Shown here piece after piece: positions 10,180 to 19,151 of a stretch of DNA of 39,087 bases. The notes under the pieces are model-generated. The model ran no database searches. It had not been told where the DNA came from and saw only the letters and a list, made by a program, of their open reading frames with translations. The DNA is from Candidatus Flemingiibacterium sp. (lineage in GTDB: Bacteria > Bacillota > Clostridia > Oscillospirales > CAG-272), in contig JAZRPJ010000110.1 of assembly GCA_045649205.1 (NCBI GenBank), forward strand, positions 1 to 39,087, given 5' to 3'. How positions within the stretch are numbered: the first letter of the stretch is position 1; each line of letters opens with the position of its first letter. Made by a program: the position numbers and the translations under genes.

Positions 10180-10992
10180 TTAACGATTTTGCACCACAAA
10201 GGGGAACTTATCCGATTCCTCAAGGTCCAAAAGATCGATTATGTTTTCAAAATTTTCTTTTGCATACGCAAGGTCAGCCGGACCGTGTGCGTCACTGCCG
10301 AAATAGAATTTACATCCCTCTTCCTTGGCAATACGGAAGGGCTTCAAATTCAGCTCCAGCTCTTCCCCGCTCATATTCAGGCTGGGGAAGTTCAGTTCAA
10401 TTCCGATACCGCGCTCAGCGGCCTTTTTGAAAAGTCTACGGTATTCTTCATCGGGGATCAGACGCAGAACTTCCAAATGTCTTTCACCGTGCTTGAAATA
10501 AATAAGGTAACAGGTCAAGTGTGCGATTCCGATTTTATGGAAAGGCAGATCCAGGTCAAGCACAGCCTCAAACCGACTGCACCACAGCTTTGCCCGTTCC
10601 GCGGCATCCTCTGTTCCCTCACAGGTGAATCCTTCCATAGTCACAGACATGTGGGTAGTGGCGATAATCACAAAATCCATAGCGTTTATGGCTTCGGGGG
10701 AGGCGCCGATGATACCGTTTTTATCCAGATCGGTTTCGCATCCGAAAAGGAAGCGGGTTTTTTCGGACTGCGGAAGAGGAAGCGCTTCTCTGATTTGTTC
10801 GTAGGACAATTTTCTGGGATGTTTTGCGGCTCCGGGAGTTTCGGGATCCCACATATGGTCGGTCAGGCAAAGAAGCGGAAAACCGTTCGCCTCTCCATAG
10901 GCGTGGATTACAGCCGGGGTTTGTTCCCGATCCTCACAGCATGGAGAAATATGGGAGTGAATATGTAAATCGTGGTCAATGACATACCGCAT
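10180..10992 (-). CDS. PHP-domain phosphoesterase
   Basis: DLHIHS, LTDH, GCE, AHL, IELN and GSDAH metal-binding motifs; AAGGAG RBS. Confidence 0.9.
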   Translation of the reverse strand: MRYVIDHDLHIHSHISPCCEDREQTPAVIHAYGEANGFPLLCLTDHMWDPETPGAAKHPRKLSYEQIREALPLPQSEKTRFLFGCETDLDKNGIIGASPEAINAMDFVIIATTHMSVTMEGFTCEGTEDAAERAKLWCSRFEAVLDLDLPFHKIGIAHLTCYLIYFKHGERHLEVLRLIPDEEYRRLFKKAAERGIGIELNFPSLNMSGEELELNLKPFRIAKEEGCKFYFGSDAHGPADLAYAKENFENIIDLLDLEESDKFPFVVQNR

Positions 10993-11028
10993 AATATGTT
11001 CTCCTTGTATGTGTGATTTTACGAATAT

Positions 11029-11057
11029 AGTATATCATTATCAATACTGTTTGTCAA
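11029..11057 (-). promoter_or_regulatory. sigma-A promoter of the PHP-GH-GH29 operon
   Basis: Minus strand TTGACA-17 bp-TATACT with TG extension. Confidence 0.75.
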
Positions 11058-11135
11058 TGGGTTTTCCAAAAATTTATGTGACAAAACCAACTTTTTTCGG
11101 TGCTGTTTTTATCCAAAGCTGATCTGTTTGCTCAC

Positions 11136-11164
11136 TTGACTTATTGCATTTATTGTGTTATAAT
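11136..11164 (+). promoter_or_regulatory. sigma-A promoter of the cysteine desulfidase gene
   Basis: TTGACT-17 bp-TATAAT. Confidence 0.7.
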
Positions 11165-11233
11165 AAAACCAGCAAATCGGGCATGTTTCCGACAGAAATG
11201 GCTGTACCCAAATCATCCCCATGAGGTGAATCT

Positions 11234-12502
11234 ATGGAACAAAGTCTTTACAATACCTATGTACGCATACTTCGCCGGGAGCTTGTACCGGCTATGGGCT
11301 GTACTGAACCTATCGCCGTAGCCTATGCGGCGGCAGCGGCGGCAAGGGAGCTTGACTCTTTACCCGAAGCGGTGGATATCGCCGTAAGTGCAAATATAAT
11401 CAAAAATGTCAAAAGCGTCATCGTCCCCAATACCGGCGGACTTCACGGACTTGCGGCGGCTGCGGCAGCAGGCATTATCGCCGGCGATCCGGAGCGTGAG
11501 CTGCTCGTTATCAGCAGCGTCACCGCAGATCAGCAGATGAAGATTGCCTGGTATTTAGAGCAGGCAGATTTCACGGTCCGCGAATCTGAATCCGGTGCAC
11601 TCTTTGATATTTGCATCACTCTCAAAGGCGGCGGTCACGAAGCGGTCTGCCGTATCGCGGAGGATCACACAAACATTGTCTGCATCAAGCGCGACGGTAA
11701 AACAGTCTACAGCCGCAGTCCCGAAAATAACGAGGTCGAAGCTTCATGGGATAAAGATCTTCTGTCAGTGGAGAATATCGTCGAATTTGCCGACACAATG
11801 AACATCACAGCCGTAAAAGACATTTTAGCCAGACAGATCACCTGCAATATGGACATTGCCGAGGAAGGTCTCCGCGGCAACTACGGTGCGCGGATCGGAC
11901 AGGTTATTCTTAAGTCCGGCTGTGATGATGTAGTCACCCGAGCGAAAGCTTACGCCGCGGCGGCATCCGATGCCCGTATGGGCGGCTGTGAAAAGCCGGT
12001 AGTCATAAATTCCGGATCGGGAAATCAGGGGATCACCGCCTCTGTGCCCGTGGTTGTTTACGCCCGTGAGCTTGGTGTGTCCGATGAAATTCTCTACCGT
12101 GCGCTGACGGTATCCAATCTTGTAACCATTCATCTCAAAAGCGGTATCGGTCCGCTGAGTGCCTACTGCGGTGTTATCAGTGCAGGCTGCGGTGCGGCGG
12201 CAGGAATTACATATCTGTACGGCGGCAAATTCCGTGAGATCGCACACACGGTAGTCAACGCCATCGCCATCAACTCCGGTGTCATCTGCGACGGTGCCAA
12301 GGCAAGCTGTGCCGCGAAGATCGCCTCGGCAGTGGAAGCCGGTATCCTCGGTATGCAGATGTTCCGTCACGGAAGCCAATTCTTGGGAGGCGACGGCATC
12401 GTCAGCAAGGGCGTGGAAAACACCATCCGCAATGTCAGCCGTCTTGCCGTGGACGGTATGCGCAAAACCGATGCGGAGATCATTAAAATTATGCTGTCAT
12501 AA
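11234..12502 (+). CDS. cdsB: L-cysteine desulfidase (CdsB/CyuA/YhaM; serine dehydratase alpha-like family)
   Basis: PAMGCTEP, KNVKSVIVPNTG, ASDARMGG, SGSGNQG, LSAYCG and CDGAKASCAAK motifs. Confidence 0.88.
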   Translation: MEQSLYNTYVRILRRELVPAMGCTEPIAVAYAAAAAARELDSLPEAVDIAVSANIIKNVKSVIVPNTGGLHGLAAAAAAGIIAGDPERELLVISSVTADQQMKIAWYLEQADFTVRESESGALFDICITLKGGGHEAVCRIAEDHTNIVCIKRDGKTVYSRSPENNEVEASWDKDLLSVENIVEFADTMNITAVKDILARQITCNMDIAEEGLRGNYGARIGQVILKSGCDDVVTRAKAYAAAASDARMGGCEKPVVINSGSGNQGITASVPVVVYARELGVSDEILYRALTVSNLVTIHLKSGIGPLSAYCGVISAGCGAAAGITYLYGGKFREIAHTVVNAIAINSGVICDGAKASCAAKIASAVEAGILGMQMFRHGSQFLGGDGIVSKGVENTIRNVSRLAVDGMRKTDAEIIKIMLS

Positions 12503-12506
12503 GAAA

Positions 12507-12535
12507 AGCCTTGGAGGAATCATAACTCCAAGGCT
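12507..12535 (+). terminator. Terminator hairpin
   Basis: AGCCTTGGAG...CTCCAAGGCT directly after the stop codon. Confidence 0.7.
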
Positions 12536-12768
12536 GATTTGTCATTATACCGCTATTCTCCCAAAAGCCCGTCGACGATTTCGGTGGTTACTGTTTTGCT
12601 TGCAAGAGGTCCGTTTGCTATCATGCTTTTTAAATCGTCACGGCAGGAAAGCTCCTGACTTTCACCGATTTTTATATCAGGCTTCCTTTGCCGTAAATAT
12701 TGTAAATCTCGTTTTCCACCACATTGCTTCCTTAAGGGCGGGGGTTAAAAGCATTGGATATAGTATAA

Positions 12769-14230
12769 TTATTTCTCACCGCCGAACGGGACATCAATCA
12801 TTTTAAGCTCATACTTTGTAAACTTTAGTTCAACCTTTTTATTGCAGGCAGGTATTTCAACTTCAGTAGCTCTGTCGGCATCTGTACTGTTGTATAATGT
12901 GACTTTATAGCCGTTTTCTGTTTTCTCTACAGATGAAAGCAAAATATCGGGCGAGCTTACTGTTATTGCATGCTCTGTCTTTTTACCTTCTCCAGACGGG
13001 AAGAACGAAAGCACCTGAGGCTTCTGATTATAAACCTGAGCCTGCTTGGGTATGTTATCCTCTGATATAATTCTGAATGAGAAATGTCTTTCACCCATAT
13101 CAATATGATTTGTGAATCTGTTGTGCGGTGCAATCGGTCTTTTACCTATAGGATGCGCTGAATATATGGGCGTACGAAGAAGTGAAAGCTTAATTGAACT
13201 GTTGGTAAAGCTTCCGCCGTATATTCCGCTGTTTAAAACATACAGTCCGTCACTGTCTGTTTTTATACCGCACCATTTATGGTATACCGCTTCTCTTTCA
13301 TCATTAAAAAGCTCTTCGCATCCGAAGGCGGTATCTCCGTACGGCTTACCCGAAATGCGGGTGTCTAAATGGTATTTTATCATCACGTTAGGTTCGTTTG
13401 AATACATTGTAATGTCAACATCAACATATTTCGCTGTTTTGGGTATTGTATATTCAACCACTGCAACAGAGCGTTTATATGAGAAAAGTGCCTGAACCTT
13501 TGTGCGGACTTCCCCGTCCTCAACAATACGAACGTTTGATATTTTTTCATCGGGATAGCCGGTAAATTCATTTGCATCTGTATCACTCATAAGCTTAAAG
13601 GTATCTTTAAAATTGTTAAATGAGTTAACCAGCATACCCCACGGGTCTTCATTGTCGTTATATACCTCAAGAATACCTGTATTTTCAAGCATTGGTTTTC
13701 CGTTTATCTCATAAAGGTCAATAAGTCCCGTTTTTCTGCTTATACGAATATTATTGTTTCCGTTTGACACAGTGATAAAGTCGCTGTTTGGTGCGTTTTC
13801 CTTTTCCTTTTGTTTAACAACCTCCAGCTTTACATCAAATCTTGTAACCGAAGATGGAGCAAGCTTTCCGCTAAAGCATATTTTCTTAACCCAGTCAAGA
13901 TTTATTGTGCAGTCGGGGGTTTCGTTCTGTGTAGGAAGCTGATTCCCGTTTTCGTCAAAAACAAAACCAATCGTTTCCTCACCGAAATTCCAGTTCTGGT
14001 TCTGAAGTAAAAAGCCTGCTTCAAATTCACCCTCAATTTCAAACGGATGAGGAATGAAAATCATAATTGGTATTTCGTTTTCATTTGCTTTTTTCTGCCC
14101 TTCGCAAAGCTTGAAAAATGCTTTGTTATATAACAGGTCTGCGATTTCCTCTCCGTAGCCGAGCTGTCTTAAAGCATCATCTTCAGCGGGTTTTATAGCG
14201 GTTCCCGGCAGAATATCGTAAACTGGCAGG
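12769..14230 (-). pseudogene. 5'-truncated alpha-mannosidase (GH38); only middle and C-terminal domains remain
   Basis: Upstream of the 431-aa ORF the frame continues as (H)DILPGTAIKPAEDDAL..., the GH38 QFHDILPG motif. LSLLRTP and DMGERHFSF motifs lie near the C-terminus. No N-terminal catalytic domain and no RBS. Confidence 0.82.
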
Positions 14231-14649
14231 ATAAAAAGGCACTCAAGCTACAGATGAGGGCAATTCTTGCGGATATTTTTGTTTGTTTCTTTTTTAAGCT
14301 CGCAGAACCTGCTGATGATAAAATGCCGTTATGGCTGGCTGATCTGATTACCAAAATGGAAACCCCCGAGAATTTTATTGCTGGAAGTGAGAGAATGATT
14401 GAGCTTTCCGGAAAAAGCAGAGAGCATCTTGCAAGATGTGTAAAGAGCTATTGCGGTGTTACCTTGTCAGAATTTATAAATCAGCTCAGACTTAACTATA
14501 TCTCCAACCTACTCATTCACACAAACATAAACATAATAGATATGTGCTATGAGTGCGGATTTCAAAGTATGAGTAATTTTTATAAAATATTTAAAGACAA
14601 GTATGGTGTGTCGCCTATGGTATTCAGAAAAAGGTATAAACAAATGTAA
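14221..14649 (+). pseudogene. 5'-truncated AraC/XylS-family regulator (C-terminal HTH domain only)
   Basis: SREHLARCVK...FINQLRL...ECGFQSMSNFYKIFKDKYGVSPMVFRK. No N-terminal sensor domain and no RBS or promoter; abuts the GH38 remnant head-to-head. Confidence 0.78.
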
Positions 14650-14684
14650 ATCATGACCACCGGTTGAACCGGTGGTCATGATTT
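14648..14684. terminator. Bidirectional terminator (perfect 18-bp inverted repeat)
   Basis: AAATCATGACCACCGGTT-G-AACCGGTGGTCATGATTT between convergent stop codons. Confidence 0.75.
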
Positions 14685-14986
14685 TATAGTACTCTTTGAT
14701 TGGCCTGACAAAAATCTCTTACAAGCATGGAAATATGGGCGATCTGTTCCTCTGTCAGTCCGGATACATTTATTGATTCGTCCTTTTCCCGTCCCAGAAG
14801 ATAGTCCGTAGAAACCTTAAAATAATCGGCAAGCTTTATGAGCATTTCAACGGACGGTACAACATTATCGTTTTCCCAATTTGAAACGCACTGCTTTGTA
14901 ACGTTCATTATTCTTGCAAATTCCACCTGGTTTAACCCGCTTTGCTGTCTTAAAACTTTTATGTTTTCATTCAGTGTATCTTTCAT
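14684..14986 (-). CDS. XRE/Cro-C1 family HTH transcriptional regulator
   Basis: IKVLRQQSGLNQVEFARIMNVTKQCVSNWEND...PS...LADYFKVSTDYLLG; start reassigned to ATG 14986 after GGAGGGG. Confidence 0.9.
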   Translation of the reverse strand: MKDTLNENIKVLRQQSGLNQVEFARIMNVTKQCVSNWENDNVVPSVEMLIKLADYFKVSTDYLLGREKDESINVSGLTEEQIAHISMLVRDFCQANQRVL

Positions 14987-15034
14987 GCTCCCCTCCAAAA
15001 ATAAAATATTTCATATATTATTGTATACTATCTA

Positions 15035-15063
15035 TTGACATTTTAAAAATACTATGGTATACT
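15035..15063 (+). promoter_or_regulatory. sigma-A promoter of the DUF2500-like gene
   Basis: TTGACA-17 bp-TATACT with TG extension; an opposing TGTCAA lies at 15070-15075. Confidence 0.7.
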
Positions 15064-15103
15064 AATAATTGTCAAGATAATGATTTACCCTTCCGGAGGT
15101 AAC

Positions 15104-15532
15104 ATGCGCACATTTATTTTATTTTCTGCCTCATTGAAAGAGTTTTTTCTAAATATAGCTAACGATTCGGGAACCACTGAATTTCTCGATATAATTGTAG
15201 CCCTATTGGCACTCACCATGATACTTCTTTTTATTGTGCTTTTATATGCCAAGAAAAGAAATGACCGTATCCTTGGAGTAAGAGATCTTCAGACCAGCCT
15301 GCAAATTTTAGTGACCGCCAAGGTCGTGAGCAAGCGCGATTTCCGTACCGATACGGACAGTCCTGATCCTTTTTCCCACATAATGTTCGAACTTGAAAGC
15401 GGGCAGCGTCTGGACTTTGCGTTCAGAACGGACGATCCGAGATATTATGCCATTTTAGTCGGTGACACCGGCACTCTGACCTATGCCGGAAGAGCCTTTG
15501 TGGATTTCAAGCGTGTCACAGCAATGTACTGA
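15104..15532 (+). CDS. DUF2500-like membrane-anchored protein
   Basis: GGAGGT RBS; one TM helix followed by AKVVSKR...FELESGQRLDF...LVGDTGTLTYAG..FVDFKR. Confidence 0.72.
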   Translation: MRTFILFSASLKEFFLNIANDSGTTEFLDIIVALLALTMILLFIVLLYAKKRNDRILGVRDLQTSLQILVTAKVVSKRDFRTDTDSPDPFSHIMFELESGQRLDFAFRTDDPRYYAILVGDTGTLTYAGRAFVDFKRVTAMY

Positions 15533-15544
15533 TTTCTTACAAAC

Positions 15545-15574
15545 AATGCAGCTATCCTAACGTGTGGCTGCATT
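15545..15574 (+). terminator. Terminator hairpin
   Basis: AATGCAGCTA...TGGCTGCATT followed by a T-rich tract. Confidence 0.6.
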
Positions 15575-15618
15575 TATATTTTACCATTATATTATATTAA
15601 TAGTTACGCTTAAAACGG

Positions 15619-15647
15619 TTGACAAATCACGGTATTTGTGGTATACT
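15619..15647 (+). promoter_or_regulatory. sigma-A promoter of the MBL-fold gene
   Basis: TTGACA-17 bp-TATACT with TG extension. Confidence 0.75.
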
Positions 15648-15683
15648 TATTAAGTAAAACATTTTAGTATTCGGAGGGGTAAC

Positions 15684-16469
15684 ATGTTCAGATACGGGGA
15701 AAAATATGAACACAAAGGCGAAATGGAGGCAAAGCCGTGGCTTGGCAAAATGACGCCATTTAAAATTTTCGGCAACACCTATTTTGTCGGTACTTACCAG
15801 GCTTCAAGCCACCTTATCGATACCGGTGACGGACTTATTCTGATAGATACCGGATATTCAAACACCGCCTATCTTGTTATTAATTCCATATATCAGCTTG
15901 GCTTCAAACCGGAGGATATAAAATATATTATCAACACTCATTGGCACTGGGATCACACCGCGGCAACCGAAGCCATAGCCGAGCTGTCCGGAGCGAAAAC
16001 GCTTATCGGCAGAGATGACCTTGAAAATGCAAAGCAGTATTTCACCCCGGATATCATCGTTGATGACGGAGATACCCTCTCTCTCGGAAGTATAACCATT
16101 TCTTTTGTGCATACTCCCGGTCATACAAAGGGCACGGTATCATTTTTCTATAATGACACCGACGGAGAAAACACCTATCGCATCGGTATGTTCGGCGGTG
16201 CAGGTCTTAATACCCTTGTACATCCCTCCACTTTTGATTTTGAGAACTGCCGCGAAGCGTATTTCGCATCCCTTGCCCGCTTGAAAGAAGAAAAGACAGA
16301 TATCGTCCTCGGTAACCACACCTGGAATAACGATACCTACGGAAAATATATGAAGATGAAGGAAACCGGCAAGAATGAATTTATCGACAGCAGCTTCTGG
16401 CATATATTTTTGGATCATTACCGTGACCTTCTTGAATTACGGATTAAAGAGCTGGAGCAGAGTAAATAA
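15684..16469 (+). CDS. Metallo-beta-lactamase-fold hydrolase, subclass B3-like
   Basis: PFKIFGNTYFVGT, LIDTGDGLILIDTG, THWHWDH (HxHxDH), TPGHTKG and LGNH motifs; no signal peptide. Confidence 0.85.
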   Translation: MFRYGEKYEHKGEMEAKPWLGKMTPFKIFGNTYFVGTYQASSHLIDTGDGLILIDTGYSNTAYLVINSIYQLGFKPEDIKYIINTHWHWDHTAATEAIAELSGAKTLIGRDDLENAKQYFTPDIIVDDGDTLSLGSITISFVHTPGHTKGTVSFFYNDTDGENTYRIGMFGGAGLNTLVHPSTFDFENCREAYFASLARLKEEKTDIVLGNHTWNNDTYGKYMKMKETGKNEFIDSSFWHIFLDHYRDLLELRIKELEQSK

Positions 16470-16497
16470 CCGCCAAAAATCATCATCTTCAAATACG

Positions 16498-16530
16498 AAA
16501 AGCCTTGCAGAAGATCCTGTAAGGCTTTTT
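16498..16530 (+). terminator. Terminator hairpin
   Basis: AAAAGCCTTGCAG...CTGTAAGGCTTTT. Confidence 0.7.
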
Positions 16531-16676
16531 ATCGTGCTCCCGGCAGATGTCATTATATGGTGAAGAAGCCGTTGTTTTTGGCGAAAAATAACATATAATA
16601 AACCGCGCATAGCCATATTTTATGTCGATGCGTGCATTTTTGTACAAAATGTGCATATTTTTGTTTTGCAATAAGG

Positions 16677-16705
16677 TTGACAATAATGCTCTTTTGTGAT
16701 AAAAT
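16677..16705 (+). promoter_or_regulatory. sigma-A promoter of the opp operon
   Basis: TTGACA-17 bp-TAAAAT with TG extension; palindrome TTTTGTACAAAA at 16638-16649 upstream. Confidence 0.7.
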
Positions 16706-16774
16706 ATATTGAAGGCGTATGCGCACAAGACATGCGCGGCTCTAATTCCCCAAAAAGAAAGGATTGGTCTTAAA

Positions 16775-17704
16775 ATGAGTTCTAAAACATTGCTCTATAT
16801 CGCCAAGCGTATTCTACTCGCTCTATTGACGGTATGGGTAGTCATAACAGTAACATTCTTCGTAATGCACGCAGTTCCCGGAGGGCCTTTCCTTCGCGAA
16901 GGTACCATGACTGCGGAACAAATAGCGCGCCAGGAGGCAAAATACGGTCTTGATAAGCCGCTTCTCGAACAGTATGCAACTTATCTCAAGGATATCGTAA
17001 CCGAATTTGATTTCGGCCCCTCTCTCAAAAAGCGCGGACGCGAAGTTATTGATATAATCGGCGAAGGTCTTAAGACCTCTGCCAAGCTCGGTCTTATTGC
17101 GGCGTTTTCCGCACTGGGCGTAGGTGTTGTGCTCGGCTCTGTAGCGGCACTTCGCAGAAACAAAATAATCGACCGCGTAATTATGGTAATAACCACCGCT
17201 TTCGTATCAATGCCTTCCTTTATAATGGGATCGATACTACTGCTTGTATTTGCCGGGACGTTACGGTGGCTGCCCGCAAACGGATCCACCGCCGCCGGAC
17301 TTGTACTCCCGATTATCACTCTCGCGCTCTACCCCACCGCATACATAACCCGTCTGACCCGTTCGTCAATGCTGGACGTTCTCGGTCAGGACTATATACG
17401 CACTGCAAAAGCCAAAGGCGTATCCAGCGTAAAGCTCATATTCGGTCACGCGCTTAAAAATGCGCTCATCCCCGTAATTACATATTTTGGCCCCATGCTT
17501 GCTTATATCGTTACCGGTTCGCTTGTTGTTGAACAAATTTTTGCAGTTCCCGGCATCGGACGCGCATTTGTAAACAGCATCACCAGCCGTGACTATCCTC
17601 TCATCATGGGCACCACCATCATTCTCGCAACATTTATCGTTGTCATGAACCTTGTTGGCGATATTCTCTACAAGGTTGTTGACCCGCGCATCACGCTCGA
17701 ATAA
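16775..17704 (+). CDS. oppB: Oligopeptide ABC transporter permease OppB
   Basis: Start ATG 16775 after AAAGGA. Motifs YIAKRIL, VPGGPF, YGLDKPL, DFGPS, EAA loop QDYIRTAKAKG, VEQIFAVPGIGR and DPRI. Confidence 0.93.
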   Translation: MSSKTLLYIAKRILLALLTVWVVITVTFFVMHAVPGGPFLREGTMTAEQIARQEAKYGLDKPLLEQYATYLKDIVTEFDFGPSLKKRGREVIDIIGEGLKTSAKLGLIAAFSALGVGVVLGSVAALRRNKIIDRVIMVITTAFVSMPSFIMGSILLLVFAGTLRWLPANGSTAAGLVLPIITLALYPTAYITRLTRSSMLDVLGQDYIRTAKAKGVSSVKLIFGHALKNALIPVITYFGPMLAYIVTGSLVVEQIFAVPGIGRAFVNSITSRDYPLIMGTTIILATFIVVMNLVGDILYKVVDPRITLE

Positions 17705-17718
17705 GGAGGATAATATAA

Positions 17719-19125
17719 ATGAAGAAATTTCCGTTCAGCATGCATCTGAATGTAGATGCTTTCCTTCCTGCAACCGAGCAAGAGAAGGAATATATGGTAC
17801 AGATGCGCCCCGCTTCCACCTTCTTCAAGGACGGAGTTAAGCGCCTTCTCAAAAATAAAATCGCAACGATCAGCTTCTTTGTGGTTGTAATTCTCGCTCT
17901 TGCCTGCATTTTCATCCCTATGTTCTGGCCCTACAGCTACGATCAGATGCTCGGCATGGGTAAATACGGTAAGATGGACGATACATACAATGACCTCGCT
18001 CCCTTTACATACGGCGGCAAGGAACGTGAGCGTATGTTCGGTGTGGCAAATGTTCATTTTGTGCGCTTTCTTCTTCCTTCTGACGAAGAACGTGCCGCAG
18101 AGGTAAAGGCAGAGGCGGCAGCATTCCTTGATTCTTACCTTGCCGGCGAAGCTACCGAAGAGGCATTCAAAGCTCTCGCCTCCACTCTTCCCGTTTATGC
18201 TGAATATGATTCCGACAACGAAGCAAAGTATAAGGATTTTGACTACAAGCCAGTTGCCGATTGGATCTGGGAAACTTCCGGTTCAAAGAAAGCAGCAAGA
18301 ACATCCGGCGATGCGGTTCTTATAGAAACCGATATCACAGCAACACAGAAAGCTGTTTATGTAGTTTCCTTCTTCGGGTATACCGGCGGCGGCGAGGATA
18401 TCTTCCCCCACGTTTTCGGTACTGACGCACGAGGACGTGACTACTTTATCCGTGTTATCTACGGTATGCGCGTTTCTCTTGCAGTAGGTCTTTTCGCAAG
18501 CATTATCGTTCTTGTTATCGGTATGCTCATCGGTGCTATCTCCGGTTACTGCGGAGGCGTTGTTGACCTCGTGATCATGCGTATCGTTGACCTTATCTAT
18601 TCGCTCCCGGATATGCTTATGGTTATTCTTCTTGCATCGGTAATGAACCTGCTCCTGGGCGAGGCCATCGCAGGAACGGCACTTGAAAAGGTAGGAAGTA
18701 ATATTATAAGTCTATTCATAGTCTTTGCCCTTCTCTATTGGGTATCCATGTCCCGCCTTATCCGCGGTCAGATCCTCTCTCTTCGCGAGCAGGAATACGT
18801 TCTTTCAGCAAAGGCTTCGGGCGCAAAGAGCGGTTGGATCATCAGAAAGCATCTGATCCCCAACTGTATCAGCGTTATCATCATTTCCACCGCACTTCAG
18901 ATCCCCAGCGCGATCTTCACCGAGAGCTATCTCTCCTTCCTCGGACTCGGAATCAATGCACCGATGCCCTCTCTCGGCTCTCTTGCATCCGATGCCCTTG
19001 AAGGTATTTACACATACCCCTACAGACTTATTTTCCCCGCAGCGGTTATCTCGCTTATCGTGCTCGCCCTCAACCTTTTCGGCGACGGTCTGCGTGACGC
19101 ATTCGACCCCAAGCTTAACAGCTGA
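17719..19125 (+). CDS. oppC: Oligopeptide ABC transporter permease OppC with a ~115-aa extracytoplasmic insertion
   Basis: HVFGTDARGRD, G.RVSLAVG, EAA loop EYVLSAKASGA, ESYLSFLGLG and GDGLRDAFDPK motifs; 468 aa, longer than typical OppC. Confidence 0.92.
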   Translation: MKKFPFSMHLNVDAFLPATEQEKEYMVQMRPASTFFKDGVKRLLKNKIATISFFVVVILALACIFIPMFWPYSYDQMLGMGKYGKMDDTYNDLAPFTYGGKERERMFGVANVHFVRFLLPSDEERAAEVKAEAAAFLDSYLAGEATEEAFKALASTLPVYAEYDSDNEAKYKDFDYKPVADWIWETSGSKKAARTSGDAVLIETDITATQKAVYVVSFFGYTGGGEDIFPHVFGTDARGRDYFIRVIYGMRVSLAVGLFASIIVLVIGMLIGAISGYCGGVVDLVIMRIVDLIYSLPDMLMVILLASVMNLLLGEAIAGTALEKVGSNIISLFIVFALLYWVSMSRLIRGQILSLREQEYVLSAKASGAKSGWIIRKHLIPNCISVIIISTALQIPSAIFTESYLSFLGLGINAPMPSLGSLASDALEGIYTYPYRLIFPAAVISLIVLALNLFGDGLRDAFDPKLNS

Positions 19126-19151
19126 CGCAGAAAGGAAGGTTGAACAAAAAA

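Noticed and set aside
10126-10968. 280-aa plus-strand ORF
   Set aside because: Antisense to the PHP gene, which has clear motifs, an RBS and a promoter.
11165-11233. Riboswitch or T-box upstream of the cysteine desulfidase gene
   Set aside because: Leader is only ~65 nt, with no T-box or SAM-box consensus.
12540-12765. Possible degraded minus-strand gene fragment downstream of the GH38 remnant
   Set aside because: Short open stretches broken by stops, with no recognisable family; cannot be supported.
12279-12806. 175-aa ORF overlapping the cdsB 3' end
   Set aside because: Out-of-frame overlap that runs through a terminator; no coding signature.
14684-14986. XRE regulator as a prophage repressor or antitoxin
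   Set aside because: No phage, integrase or toxin gene nearby.
16633-16665. ARG-box-like operator upstream of the opp promoter
   Set aside because: Only one partial match in AT-rich DNA and no convincing second box, so the regulator cannot be assigned.
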